From an uncultured Clostridia bacterium (GTDB lineage: Bacteria > Bacillota > Clostridia > TANB77 > CAG-508): a stretch of DNA of 64,000 bases. Shown in pieces: positions 1 to 11,684 of the stretch (the stretch's first letter is position 1; every line of letters starts with the position of its first letter). Both the position numbers and the translations under genes were made by a program. The DNA lies in NCBI GenBank assembly GCA_946415375.1, contig CAMKSF010000002.1:32538-96537 (forward strand), in the 5' to 3' direction. Below the pieces are notes generated by a model. It ran no database searches, was not told where the DNA came from, and worked only from the letters and a program-made list of their open reading frames with translations.

Positions 1-359
1 CAAGCCAAGTCCCATAATTTACTATCTGAAATGTGTTTAAAATAGTTTTGTATTTTTCTATCTTCACGAGTTTGTTTATTGTTATATTCTATTCTTGACT
101 CTTCAAATTCTTGTAAATATAATTGTTGGACATCTCTATATAAATTGTTTGTTCCATAAATTGTGTAAATCTTATCTTTCATATTATCATAGTCTCTTAA
201 ATTGTGTTTGTTTACCTTTGACAACTGTGTTGCATTTTGTATTGCATTATTTGAAAATGATGTCTCTCCAGATGCAGTAGTTGATGCAATTTCTTTTGCC
301 TTTATTGTTTTATTTCTATCTGTTCCTAGATGGATAGAGTATGCTAATTCTTCGACCAT
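1..359 (-). CDS. Mob/Pre (MobV-type) relaxase-like protein, N-terminal 119 codons; ORF continues beyond the left edge
   Basis: Absent from the ORF track because there is no stop inside the window. Reverse strand reads AGGAGG-N5-ATG (ATG at 359), then MVEELAYSIHLGTDRNK...VNKHNLRDYDN...LYLQEFEESRIEYNNKQTREDRKIQNYFKHISDSK, open to position 1. The HNxR and YN-KQTR-DRKI-NY blocks recall Mob_Pre relaxases (recollection, not a search). Confidence 0.45.
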   Translation of the reverse strand, partial: MVEELAYSIHLGTDRNKTIKAKEIASTTASGETSFSNNAIQNATQLSKVNKHNLRDYDNMKDKIYTIYGTNNLYRDVQQLYLQEFEESRIEYNNKQTREDRKIQNYFKHISDSKLWDLA

Positions 360-432
360 ATTTTCCTCCTATAAAATCTACTTTAGAATAGGCTTCGTAG
401 CAAAGAAATTATGACTATGTCGTAATTTCTAA

Positions 433-469
433 CCCCCTGGTTGTTTTGACATTCTATCAAAACAGGGGG
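433..469. promoter_or_regulatory. Bulged hairpin, candidate oriT/nick-region structure upstream of the mob-like gene
   Basis: CCCCCTG(433-439)+TTTTGA(444-449) pairs with TCAAAACAGGGGG(457-469). It is GC-rich in an AT-rich context and lies 75-110 nt upstream of the mob-like start. Confidence 0.3.
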
Positions 470-485
470 CTCTGCGAGGCTATAA

Positions 486-510
486 ATTTTCTCTCCTGCT
501 GGGAGAAAAT
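486..510 (-). terminator. Hairpin downstream of the recombinase gene (possible terminator or second oriT arm)
   Basis: ATTTTCTC(T)CC / GGGAGAAAAT stem with tgct loop. Only a weak T tract follows on the minus strand. Confidence 0.25.
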
Positions 511-619
511 TTATTCAAATTACCTCATACAAAATTTATATTGCTACCGCAAATATAAATATGTCTTCGCTAATTTGCTTGTTGCAATAGCCAAGTCTTT
601 GTTAGAAGTCTTGCAACAA

Positions 620-2557
<1,938 letters not shown>

Positions 2558-2758
2558 TTATAAAATAAAAGAGACATCAAAAGCACAAACTTATGCTAAT
2601 GACATCTCTTAAATTTATGTATTTTTAAATATATTTCTAACTCTATAAAAAACATAATTCAACTCCTAATATTTATATAAACAGATGTTGTTTACATAAG
2701 TATTATATCACAATTTTAAGAAATGTCAAATTTTTACACTTATTTCAATTATTACAAG

Positions 2759-3028
2759 CTATATTGTTTTCAAATATTCTTCTAATTCAGATAATTTTAT
2801 CTTTCTAGAAAGATTAGAAATATACATATCATTAGAATAATTGAAAACTAGAAATGTTGTATCTTTTATAATAACTCTATGTGGCTCAATGTAAGAAAGA
2901 TTAGTATTTTCAATCTTTCTAATACTTCCATTTATAAAAGTGGGCGTAACTTTAGAAAACTCACATATAAATTCTAGCCTTTGTTTCAGACTTTCCTCAA
3001 ACTGTAATTCTTCCTTTATTATCTTCAT
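2759..3028 (-). CDS. Hypothetical protein (89 aa)
   Basis: ORF only, no recognisable motif. Lies between the recombinase gene and tRNA-Gly. Confidence 0.35.
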   Translation of the reverse strand: MKIIKEELQFEESLKQRLEFICEFSKVTPTFINGSIRKIENTNLSYIEPHRVIIKDTTFLVFNYSNDMYISNLSRKIKLSELEEYLKTI

Positions 3029-3068
3029 TTTAAAACACCATCCTTTCCATCAGATGATATTTTGGCAA

Positions 3069-3100
3069 CAAAAAAATATCATCCGTTTTCAGAATGATAT
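3069..3100 (-). terminator. Rho-independent terminator of tRNA-Gly
   Basis: On the minus strand: ATATCAT-loop-ATGATAT followed by TTTTTTTG. Confidence 0.5.
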
Positions 3101-3138
3101 TTGTATCTCTATTCAAAAAGTTCGAACAGATTCGTCAT

Positions 3139-3212
3139 TGGAGTGGGTACCGGGAATCGAACCCGGGCTAAAAGGTCGGAAGCATTTCATTCTACCACTA
3201 AATTATACCCAC
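3139..3212 (-). tRNA. tRNA-Gly (anticodon UCC), CCA encoded
   Basis: Reverse strand GTGGGTA TA ATTT AGTGGTA GAAT G AAATG CTTCCGA CCTTT TAGC CCGGG TTCGATT CCCGG TACCCAC T CCA. Clean acceptor, D and T arms and U73 discriminator. The anticodon stem has one U.C mismatch, and position 37 is G. Confidence 0.7.
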
Positions 3213-3227
3213 ATATTATATAAATAT

Positions 3228-3256
3228 ATTATATCAAAAAATCAAAAAAACTTCAA
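3228..3256 (-). promoter_or_regulatory. Sigma-A type promoter for tRNA-Gly
   Basis: Minus strand TTGAAG-17 nt-TATAAT, ending about 15 nt upstream of the tRNA 5' end. Confidence 0.45.
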
Positions 3257-3359
3257 TAAAATCTATAAAAAAGATTGATTTTTAAAGGGAAATATTATAA
3301 TATAATAATAAGTGAAAATGGGCTACATTTATTAAAAAATAAAAAGAGAGGTAGTTATT

Positions 3360-4280
3360 ATGGCAAATCAAGAAAGAAGAAGAAATGTTCGAAGAAAAAA
3401 TGAGAGAAGGGGAGATGACAGAAGAGAATTTGACAGAGGAACTCCTGACAGAAGAAAAACAGATAGAAGAAAGAGTACTAGAAGAGAAGAAGACAGAGAA
3501 AAAGAAAAAAGTGAAGAAGAATATTATTTGGATCAAGTAGAAGGAAGAAATGCTGTAATAGAGCTTTTAGAAAGTGGAAAAGATATTAATAAGCTATATA
3601 TTACAAAAGGTGAAAAAACAGGATCAATAACTAAAATTATTGCAATGGCAAAAGAGAAAAAAGTTGTAATAGTTGAAAAGGATAAAAGTCAAATGGAAAA
3701 TATGGCACAATCTAATAACTATCAAGGAGTAATTGCAATAGTTCCACCTTTTGAATACTGTGAAATTGAAGATATATTAGAATTAGCAAAAGAGAAGGAA
3801 GAAAGTCCATTTATTCTAATATTAGATGGAATAGAGGATACACATAATTTGGGTGCAATAATAAGGACAGCGGAAACTGCAGGAGTACATGGCATAGTAA
3901 TTCCAAAAAGAAGATCAGCTTCAGTAAATAGTACGGTTAGTAAGGTAGCTTGTGGTGCAGTAGAGTATATGAAAATTGCAAGAGTAAACAATATAAAAGA
4001 TTGTATAAATACATTGAAAAAATATGGTGTATGGATTTGTGGGACAGATGTAAATGCAGAAGAGTATTATTTTAACCAAGATCTAAAAGGACCGCTAGGA
4101 ATAGTAATTGGAAACGAAGGAAAAGGAATGAGCGATTTGGTTAAGAAAAATTGTGACTTTCTAGTGAAAATTCCAGTATTAGGAAAAGTTCAATCTTTAA
4201 ATGCGTCAGTTTCAACTGGAATTATAGTTTATGAAGCTGTTGAACAAAGAAGATTTATTCAAAAAAATAAAATTTTATAG
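3360..4280 (+). CDS. rlmB: SpoU/TrmH-family 23S rRNA 2'-O-methyltransferase (RlmB-like) with Arg/Asp-rich N-terminal extension
   Basis: LDGIEDTHNLGAIIRTAE, GNEGKGM and VQSLNASVSTGIIVYE SpoU motifs. The first ~55 aa are an RR/DRR low-complexity stretch. Confidence 0.85.
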   Translation: MANQERRRNVRRKNERRGDDRREFDRGTPDRRKTDRRKSTRREEDREKEKSEEEYYLDQVEGRNAVIELLESGKDINKLYITKGEKTGSITKIIAMAKEKKVVIVEKDKSQMENMAQSNNYQGVIAIVPPFEYCEIEDILELAKEKEESPFILILDGIEDTHNLGAIIRTAETAGVHGIVIPKRRSASVNSTVSKVACGAVEYMKIARVNNIKDCINTLKKYGVWICGTDVNAEEYYFNQDLKGPLGIVIGNEGKGMSDLVKKNCDFLVKIPVLGKVQSLNASVSTGIIVYEAVEQRRFIQKNKIL

Positions 4281-4325
4281 ATTTTTACATAAAATCTAAA
4301 TATATTAATTAAGGAATGATTTAAG

Positions 4326-5948
4326 ATGAGCAAAAAACCAATGATAATTGTAGGAATATTATTTAGCTTAATAATTATAGCTTTAACTGTATATCTTGTT
4401 TTGAGTTTAACAACTGATATGTTTAAATCCAAAAGTGAGATATTTCAAAAACATTTTTTTAGTGGGATAGATAAAGCAGAAAAGGTTTTAGAGTTTTCGG
4501 AAGAAAATGAATATGTAAACACATTACTACAAAAAAATTATAAAGATAATACAAAAATAAATATAAAATATTTAAATAGCAACAATGATAACGAAGTATT
4601 TAATATTATGAGCAATGGAATTACAAATAACACTAGCAGTAATTCATTTAAAAGAGTTCTTATCAAATATGGAGATACAGAATTGATGAATCTCGAATAT
4701 CTTAGAGAAAACAAAAATGTGGGGTTGCTATTTACTGATATAGTTAAACAATTTGTAAGCATTGATACAGAAAAGGCAGAAGATTTTCTGAAATATATAG
4801 GATATAATGGGAGCTTAACTTTAGATAGTGAGATAAAAAAGATTTGGGATATTTCTAAAGATAAAAAAGAAGATATAAAAAATATAGTTATAAAAACTGT
4901 AAAACAAATTGATTCTAAGAGTATTATCAAAAATAAAGCTTCACAAATTACATTAAATAACGGTGAAGAAAAAATTGTAAGCAGTTATTCAGTAGTATTA
5001 TCAAAAGATAAAGTAAAAGAAATAATTTTAGACATATTCGATTTGTTTGATAACCAAGAAGGTATAGGTCTTATTAATAAGAATGAAATAATTATTCCAG
5101 AAGCTATATTAAGTTTATATATTGAAAATAATAGTATATTAAGAATTGAAACTGAAATAGATAATAACCAAATATATATTGATTTTTTTGAAAACGAATT
5201 GAATTTCAAGTATAGGAAAATATCTAATGAAAGTATTGATACATATTATTTTGATATAAAAAAACAAGATGAAGACATATATATGAAATATGAAGATTCA
5301 AATAGAAATAATGTTAATATGAAATATAGAATTAATAGTGAAGCAAATAGTTTAAATTCTAAGATAGAAATCAGCTACAAAAATGATTTTATAAAAGAAA
5401 TTGACTTTAATATTGAACAACTATTAGAAACATCAGATAATACTATAGAAGGAATAGAGAAGAAATATGAGAATATTGATTACTTCAATTTATCCAAATT
5501 AAAAGAAAGCGAGAAAAGCTCAGCACTAATAGGGTTATTAAGAAAGATTGATACATTAATTTCTAATAAAAATGGTCAGTTTAATTCGGAAATTTTGAGT
5601 GTTTTTCTTCAAGAAAATAGAAAAATACAAGCTCAAATTCAAAATAGAAAGGAAAGTTTAAAGAAAAACTTTAATAATCAATTTTTACCTTATCAAGGTC
5701 AAAATATTGAAAAAGAAGTAATCTATAATCTATTAGATTTAGTTGGAAGAAATATGGACAAATATATAATAACTGGAGAAGACAAATATAGAATATATAT
5801 TTCAGAAGAAAAAAAGAATATTAAACTAGCTGAAGAATTAAAGGAAAAAATTGAAAAATCAGATAAGGATTTTAGTATTTCATTTGAATTTGATTCAGAA
5901 GGAAGAGTTAATGTAATAAGGATTCAGGGATTTAAAAAGAATAATTAA
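4326..5948 (+). CDS. Hypothetical N-terminally membrane-anchored protein (540 aa)
   Basis: Single N-terminal hydrophobic helix (IIVGILFSLIIIALTVYLVL), Asn/Lys-rich remainder, no recognised domain. Confidence 0.55.
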   Translation: MSKKPMIIVGILFSLIIIALTVYLVLSLTTDMFKSKSEIFQKHFFSGIDKAEKVLEFSEENEYVNTLLQKNYKDNTKINIKYLNSNNDNEVFNIMSNGITNNTSSNSFKRVLIKYGDTELMNLEYLRENKNVGLLFTDIVKQFVSIDTEKAEDFLKYIGYNGSLTLDSEIKKIWDISKDKKEDIKNIVIKTVKQIDSKSIIKNKASQITLNNGEEKIVSSYSVVLSKDKVKEIILDIFDLFDNQEGIGLINKNEIIIPEAILSLYIENNSILRIETEIDNNQIYIDFFENELNFKYRKISNESIDTYYFDIKKQDEDIYMKYEDSNRNNVNMKYRINSEANSLNSKIEISYKNDFIKEIDFNIEQLLETSDNTIEGIEKKYENIDYFNLSKLKESEKSSALIGLLRKIDTLISNKNGQFNSEILSVFLQENRKIQAQIQNRKESLKKNFNNQFLPYQGQNIEKEVIYNLLDLVGRNMDKYIITGEDKYRIYISEEKKNIKLAEELKEKIEKSDKDFSISFEFDSEGRVNVIRIQGFKKNN

Positions 5949-5962
5949 GGAAGGTTAAAGAA

Positions 5963-6424
5963 ATGGATAAGATAAGAGGGTTTGAAATAGCAAAAGGTTT
6001 TGAAGATAAAGGCATAAATATACCTGAAAGAAAGACAAAATTATCGGCAGCATATGATATTGAGGCTGCCGAAGATGTAGTAATACCGAGTTTTAAAAAA
6101 GGAATGAAAGCTACACTTGTTCCAACAGGACTTAAGGCGTATATGCAAGAGAATGAGGTGTTATACCTTTACTCAAAAAGTTCTGGATTTGCCAAGAAAG
6201 GAATAATGCTTTCAAACTCCGTAGGAATAATTGATGGTGATTATTATGAAAATGAAGATAATGATGGACATATAATGTTTTCTTTAATAAATCTAAAAGA
6301 AGAAGATATATATATAAAAAAAGGTGATGCAATAGGTCAAGCAATGTTTGGAACTTATTTGAAAGCTGACAATGATGAAGCAACACAATTAAGAAAAGGT
6401 GGATTTGGATCTACCAGTAAATAG
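5963..6424 (+). CDS. dut: dUTP diphosphatase
   Basis: SAAYD, GIIDGDY and C-terminal GGFGSTS dUTPase motifs, 153 aa. Confidence 0.85.
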   Translation: MDKIRGFEIAKGFEDKGINIPERKTKLSAAYDIEAAEDVVIPSFKKGMKATLVPTGLKAYMQENEVLYLYSKSSGFAKKGIMLSNSVGIIDGDYYENEDNDGHIMFSLINLKEEDIYIKKGDAIGQAMFGTYLKADNDEATQLRKGGFGSTSK

Positions 6425-6437
6425 AATGGAGACAAAA

Positions 6438-8144
6438 ATGAAAAATCTTTTTACAATCTTTTCAAAAAACAAAAGAAAGATTTTTTGCATAGTAGCAATA
6501 GTATTAATTGCTATTTTTGCATTTAGTATAACACCAAAACAGATGCAGAATGATATTTTTTATACAGTGAAAATTGGACATTTGATTAGAGAAAACGGTA
6601 TTGATAAAATGGACCATTTTTCATGGCATGAAGGATTACCTTACGAATACCCACATTGGCTTTATGATGTAGGTATGAGTTATATATACGATATAGGACA
6701 ATTTGGAGCAATATACATTTCAACGATTGTTTTTTCTTGTTTATTAGGATTTAGTATATTTTTTGTTAATTCAAAATTAAACAAAAACTATGTGATATCT
6801 TTTATTATTACGATGGTAGTTTTATATTTAATAAAAGGGTATATTACAGCAAGAGCACAACTGGTAACATTTATACTATTTGTTCTATTGACATATAATA
6901 TCGAAAGATTTTTAGAAAACAAAAAAGTTATAAATGCAGTTATTTTATTTATTATACATTTTCTTATAGCAAACTTGCACATTGCAGTTTGGCCTTTTAC
7001 ATTTGTTATATATTTGCCATATATAGCAGAATATTTAATTGCAGAGATATTTGATATATTAATATATAAAAAAGTACAAATAGCTTTTTTGAAATTTAGA
7101 GCTAAACTGTTATTAAACCAAACAAAAAGAAAGAATATAAAAAATAAAGAAAAAATAAATAAAAAGTTAAATGATTTTAATGAAAAACTACTAAAAAATC
7201 AAAATAGGATTGAAGTAATTAAAACAAAAATAAAAGAAAATGAAGGAAAAGAGTATAAAGTAAAAATAAGGAAAAATAAAAATGTAAGATGGCTTATTGT
7301 AATAATGATTATAGCAATTTTTACAGGTTTTTTAACTCCACTAGGAAATTCACCTTTTACATATACATATCTTACAATGAAGGGAAATACTACCAAAAAT
7401 ATAAATGAACATTTACCACTAACCCTTACGAACAACTCTCCTATGCTATGTACGATGATAATTTTAATATGGTTAATAGCTTTTACAAGAATAAAAATTA
7501 GACTTTCTGATTTATTTATGATTGGTGGTTTAACATATCTTATGTTTATGACTAGAAGACAACAGAGTATGTTAGTTTTAATAGGGTCTATTGCTTTTAT
7601 AAGAATGACAAAACAATTTTTAGAAAACATATTACATTATGATGTTGATAATTTAATTAATAAGTATTTTAACAAATTTACAGCTTTTATATTAATTACA
7701 GCGATGATTTCGTTGAGTCTACATTTTTACTCAAAAACAAAGAACTTGAAATATGTTAATGAGAGTACATATCCAGTTCAAGCAAGTGAATGGATTTTAA
7801 ATAATTTAGACTTAGATAATATTAGATTGTATAATGAATATAACTATGGAAGCTATTTATTATACAGAGGAATACCAGTATTTATTGATTCTAGGGCAGA
7901 TTTATATGCACCAGAGTTTAATACTCCATCAGGTAAAGCAACAGATGGTAATGATATTTTTATGGATTTTATAAATAGTTCAAATATTAGCACATACTAT
8001 GGAGACATTTTTAATAAATATGACATTACACATGTGATACTATATAAGAATTCAAAGATTGCTATGTTAATTAGAAAAACAGATTCAGAAAAATACAAAG
8101 AGATATATTCGGATGATAGATTTGTTATTTACGAAGTTATATAG
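6438..8144 (+). CDS. Polytopic membrane protein, possible GT-C type glycosyltransferase (function uncertain)
   Basis: At least 10 hydrophobic segments plus a C-terminal soluble domain. The ORF opens at 6399 overlapping dut. ATG 6438 follows GGAGA; 6426 is an alternative. Confidence 0.55.
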   Translation: MKNLFTIFSKNKRKIFCIVAIVLIAIFAFSITPKQMQNDIFYTVKIGHLIRENGIDKMDHFSWHEGLPYEYPHWLYDVGMSYIYDIGQFGAIYISTIVFSCLLGFSIFFVNSKLNKNYVISFIITMVVLYLIKGYITARAQLVTFILFVLLTYNIERFLENKKVINAVILFIIHFLIANLHIAVWPFTFVIYLPYIAEYLIAEIFDILIYKKVQIAFLKFRAKLLLNQTKRKNIKNKEKINKKLNDFNEKLLKNQNRIEVIKTKIKENEGKEYKVKIRKNKNVRWLIVIMIIAIFTGFLTPLGNSPFTYTYLTMKGNTTKNINEHLPLTLTNNSPMLCTMIILIWLIAFTRIKIRLSDLFMIGGLTYLMFMTRRQQSMLVLIGSIAFIRMTKQFLENILHYDVDNLINKYFNKFTAFILITAMISLSLHFYSKTKNLKYVNESTYPVQASEWILNNLDLDNIRLYNEYNYGSYLLYRGIPVFIDSRADLYAPEFNTPSGKATDGNDIFMDFINSSNISTYYGDIFNKYDITHVILYKNSKIAMLIRKTDSEKYKEIYSDDRFVIYEVI

Positions 8145-8195
8145 AGTTGGAAAAGGGGATAGTTCTCATTTTCAAGAAAAGGAAGGAAGAAAAAA

Positions 8196-10805
8196 GTGGA
8201 AGAAGAACAAGAGCAAAAAGTTAAACAAATGATAGATGATTTAATGGAAAAAGCAAAAATCGCAGCTGAAGAATATTTAAAATTAGATCAAGAAACAGTA
8301 AACAATATTATAAAAGCGATGTCTATGGCAGGATTAGAGCATCATATGGAACTTGCTAAGATGGCTATAGAAGAAACTGGTCGTGGAATTTATGAAGATA
8401 AGATAACGAAGAATATGTTTGCAACAGAGTATATTTATCATAGCATAAAATATGAAAAAACAGTTGGAATAATAAATGAAAATGATGAAGATGATTATGT
8501 TGAAATAGCAGAGCCTGTTGGAATAATAGCAGGTGTTACTCCTGTTACAAATCCAACATCTACAACAATGTTTAAATCGATAATTGCAGCTAAAACAAGA
8601 AATGTAATAGTTTTTGGATTTCATCCATCTGCGCAGAATTGTTCTGTAAGAGCAGCAGAGATTTTAAGAGATGCAGCAGTTAAAGCGGGAGCACCTGAGA
8701 ACTGTATTCTATGGATTCAAGAACCATCTGTTTTAGCAACCAGCATTCTAATGCATCATCCTGATGTTAATTTGATATTAGCAACAGGAGGTACAGGTAT
8801 GGTTAAAAATGCTTATTCATGTGGGAAACCTGCATTAGGAGTTGGCCCTGGAAATGTTCCTTGTATTATAGAAAAAACGGCTAAACTAAAAACATCTGTA
8901 AATGATTTAGTTATGTCAAAAGCTTTTGATAATGGAATGATCTGTGCATCAGAACAAGCAGTAATTGTAGAAAAAGAAATATACCAAGATTTTGAAGATT
9001 TAATGAGAAAAGCAGGATGTTATTTTGTATCTCCAGAAGAAAAAGAAAAACTAAAAAATGTAATGTTTGAATATGTCGATGGAAGAGGAGACAAATTAAA
9101 ATCACACATACCTGGAAAAAGTCCATACGAAATTGCAGAACTAGCAGGATTTGAAATACCAAAAGATACAAAAGTAATTGTTGTTTATGAAGAAGGCATA
9201 GGGGAAGGATTCCCATTTTCAAAAGAAAAACTAAGTCCAGTTCTTACTTATTATATAGTTGACAATTTTGAAGAAGCTTTAGATAAAGCGGAAAAGCTTA
9301 TAGAATATGGGGGACTCGGACATTCGGCAGTTATTCATTCTGAAGATAGAGAAAAAATTCTACAGTTTTCAGAAAAAATGAAAGCAGGTAGAATTATAGT
9401 AAATTCTCCTTCAACTCATGGAGCAATTGGTGATATATATAACACAAATATGCCATCACTTACACTAGGATGTGGTTCATTCGGTGGCAATTCTACAACA
9501 GCTAATGTATCATCAGTAAACTTAATTAATATAAAAAGAGTTGCTAGGAGGAGAGTAAATATGCAATGGTTTAAAATACCAGAGAAAATATATTTTGAAG
9601 CAGGTTCAATTGCTTATTTGGAAAAAATGCCAGACATAGAAAGAGCATTTATTGTAACAGACCAAGGAATGGTTAATTTAGGTTATGTAGATAAAATTTT
9701 GTATCATTTAAGAAAAAGAGAAAAACATATACATTGTGAGATTTTTGATGAAGTTGAATCAGACCCATCATTTGAAACTGTAAATAAAGGACTAGAAAGA
9801 ATGAAGAACTTTAAACCAGATGTTATTATAGCTTTAGGTGGTGGAAGTCCAATAGATGCAGCAAAGGGAATGTGGCTATTTTATGAACATCCTGATGCAG
9901 ATCCAGAAGGACTTAAATTAAAATTTATGGATATAAGAAAACGTACATATAAATTTCCTAAATTAGGACAAAAAGCTAAAATGGTAGCGATACCTACAAC
10001 ATCTGGAACTGGCTCAGAAGTAACATCATTTGCAGTTTTAACTGATAAAGTAAATAATAAAAAATATCCACTTGCTGATTATGAGTTAACTCCTGATGTT
10101 GCAATTGTTGATCCGGACTTAGTTTTAAGCCTTCCAAAAACAGTAACAGCAGATACAGGAATGGATGTTTTAACACATGCTTTGGAGGCTTATGTTTCTA
10201 ATATGGCATCAGATTTTACAGATGGGCTTTCAGAAAAAGCTGCTGAATTAGTTGTAAATTATTTGCCAAAAGCATATACAGATGGAGAAAATGATAAATT
10301 AGCTAGAGAAAAAATGCATAATGCAAGTACAATTGCAGGAATGTCATTCACAAATGCATTTTTAGGAGTAAATCACTCTCTAGCACATAAAATAGGGGCA
10401 GAATTTCACTTAGCTCATGGAAGAATAAATGCAATTTTACTTCCATATGTAATAAGATATAATGCGAGTATGCCAACAAAATTCGTATCTTTCCCTAAAT
10501 ATGAGTACTTTATTGCAGACCAAAAATATGCACAAATGGCAAGAAAAATAGGACTTCAGGCAGATACGGTAGAAGAAGGAGTAAGTTCTCTTATAGTAAA
10601 AGTAAAAGAATTAAATGAATTTTTAGGAATACCAAAATCTTTTAAAGATGCAGGCATTGATGAAACAGAATTTATGGCAAAAATAGATATGCTTGCAGAT
10701 AGAGCATTTGAAGATCAATGTACTACTGCAAATCCAAGAGTACCATTAGTTTCTGAGCTAAAACAGATATTGATTGATAGTTATTTTGGGAATGAAATAG
10801 AATAG
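8196..10805 (+). CDS. adhE: Bifunctional acetaldehyde-CoA/alcohol dehydrogenase
   Basis: 869 aa. N-terminal aldehyde dehydrogenase half (catalytic Cys in NGMICASEQ) fused to an iron-ADH half (GGGSPIDAAK, HSLAHKIGAEFHLAHG). GTG start 7 nt after AAGGAAGGAAG. Confidence 0.95.
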   Translation: MEEEQEQKVKQMIDDLMEKAKIAAEEYLKLDQETVNNIIKAMSMAGLEHHMELAKMAIEETGRGIYEDKITKNMFATEYIYHSIKYEKTVGIINENDEDDYVEIAEPVGIIAGVTPVTNPTSTTMFKSIIAAKTRNVIVFGFHPSAQNCSVRAAEILRDAAVKAGAPENCILWIQEPSVLATSILMHHPDVNLILATGGTGMVKNAYSCGKPALGVGPGNVPCIIEKTAKLKTSVNDLVMSKAFDNGMICASEQAVIVEKEIYQDFEDLMRKAGCYFVSPEEKEKLKNVMFEYVDGRGDKLKSHIPGKSPYEIAELAGFEIPKDTKVIVVYEEGIGEGFPFSKEKLSPVLTYYIVDNFEEALDKAEKLIEYGGLGHSAVIHSEDREKILQFSEKMKAGRIIVNSPSTHGAIGDIYNTNMPSLTLGCGSFGGNSTTANVSSVNLINIKRVARRRVNMQWFKIPEKIYFEAGSIAYLEKMPDIERAFIVTDQGMVNLGYVDKILYHLRKREKHIHCEIFDEVESDPSFETVNKGLERMKNFKPDVIIALGGGSPIDAAKGMWLFYEHPDADPEGLKLKFMDIRKRTYKFPKLGQKAKMVAIPTTSGTGSEVTSFAVLTDKVNNKKYPLADYELTPDVAIVDPDLVLSLPKTVTADTGMDVLTHALEAYVSNMASDFTDGLSEKAAELVVNYLPKAYTDGENDKLAREKMHNASTIAGMSFTNAFLGVNHSLAHKIGAEFHLAHGRINAILLPYVIRYNASMPTKFVSFPKYEYFIADQKYAQMARKIGLQADTVEEGVSSLIVKVKELNEFLGIPKSFKDAGIDETEFMAKIDMLADRAFEDQCTTANPRVPLVSELKQILIDSYFGNEIE

Positions 10806-10933
10806 AAAAAGATTCACAAATATATTGGTATATGCAAAAAAAGTATAAGAACCAGTTTTAAATATATAATATATTTAATCAAGTTATGTTGATATTATAC
10901 TTTTTTTGTTAAAATCATATTATGGAGGATATA

Positions 10934-11662
10934 ATGTTAAATAATTATGAAACTGAAGATTTTATAGTAAAAGCCAAAAATATTGATGCAGATATCTCAA
11001 ATTCATTAAATAAAGTTTTATCATCTAGTGATAAAAATAATTTATATATATTCATAGCTATATTATACTTATTAATTATAGTAATACTGTGGAATAGTAC
11101 TACAAAAATAATAATATTAGTAACTATTTTTTTCTTTCTTTTAGCCTTTCTTACTGTGAAAATAATAGCTTTTGAAGTGAAATGGGATTTAAAAATACAT
11201 AATCAAAAAATATATGTGTATTATGATTTAAGACATCATAATATAGATTATTGTGATTTGGTTAGTTTTAAAATTAAAAAGACTCATAAACGCATAAATA
11301 AATATGGTTCTGTTCAAATTGATGTACTCAGAATTGATTACTTTAAAAAAGGAAAAATTCATAGAATTGAACTTGAAGTTAAAGATTATATAAAACCAGA
11401 GATTGAAAGTATATGTAAAGCATTTATTACTAAAAAACAATTAGATAATAATCCAAATGGTTATGATGATTATTTGTACACTTCTAAAGATAATATCAAT
11501 GAAAAACTTGATGCTCGAGAAAGATATAATGCTAAAACACAAAAATATATACAATACATAACATTCATTATAATTATATTATTGTTACTTAGTATATTAT
11601 TAGTGATACATATTAATGTGGTATTATTTAAAAATAATATAAAAATGATTCCTAAGATTTAA
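10934..11662 (+). CDS. Hypothetical membrane protein
   Basis: Hydrophobic helices near both the N- and C-termini. ATG 10934 follows GGAGGA; the ORF opens at 10922. Confidence 0.5.
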   Translation: MLNNYETEDFIVKAKNIDADISNSLNKVLSSSDKNNLYIFIAILYLLIIVILWNSTTKIIILVTIFFFLLAFLTVKIIAFEVKWDLKIHNQKIYVYYDLRHHNIDYCDLVSFKIKKTHKRINKYGSVQIDVLRIDYFKKGKIHRIELEVKDYIKPEIESICKAFITKKQLDNNPNGYDDYLYTSKDNINEKLDARERYNAKTQKYIQYITFIIIILLLLSILLVIHINVVLFKNNIKMIPKI

Positions 11663-11684
11663 AATTTCTTAGGAACTTTTTATT

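Noticed and set aside
3372-3500. Repetitive GACAGAAGA-type DNA, and the Asn/Thr-rich repeats at 56400-56600, as possible tandem repeats or a CRISPR-like array
   Set aside because: Both are in-frame low-complexity coding sequence with irregular periodicity and no repeat-spacer architecture.
8145-8195. Possible Rex or other inverted repeat upstream of adhE (TTGGAAAA...ATTTTCAA)
   Set aside because: The arms are out of register by one base and are AT-rich, so they are not distinguishable from chance.
10835-10908. 14-nt perfect inverted repeat CAAAAAAAGTATAA / TTATACTTTTTTTG separated by 46 nt downstream of adhE
   Set aside because: It is almost pure A/T and probably just a loose terminator or chance symmetry. 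I saw no second copy or associated feature.
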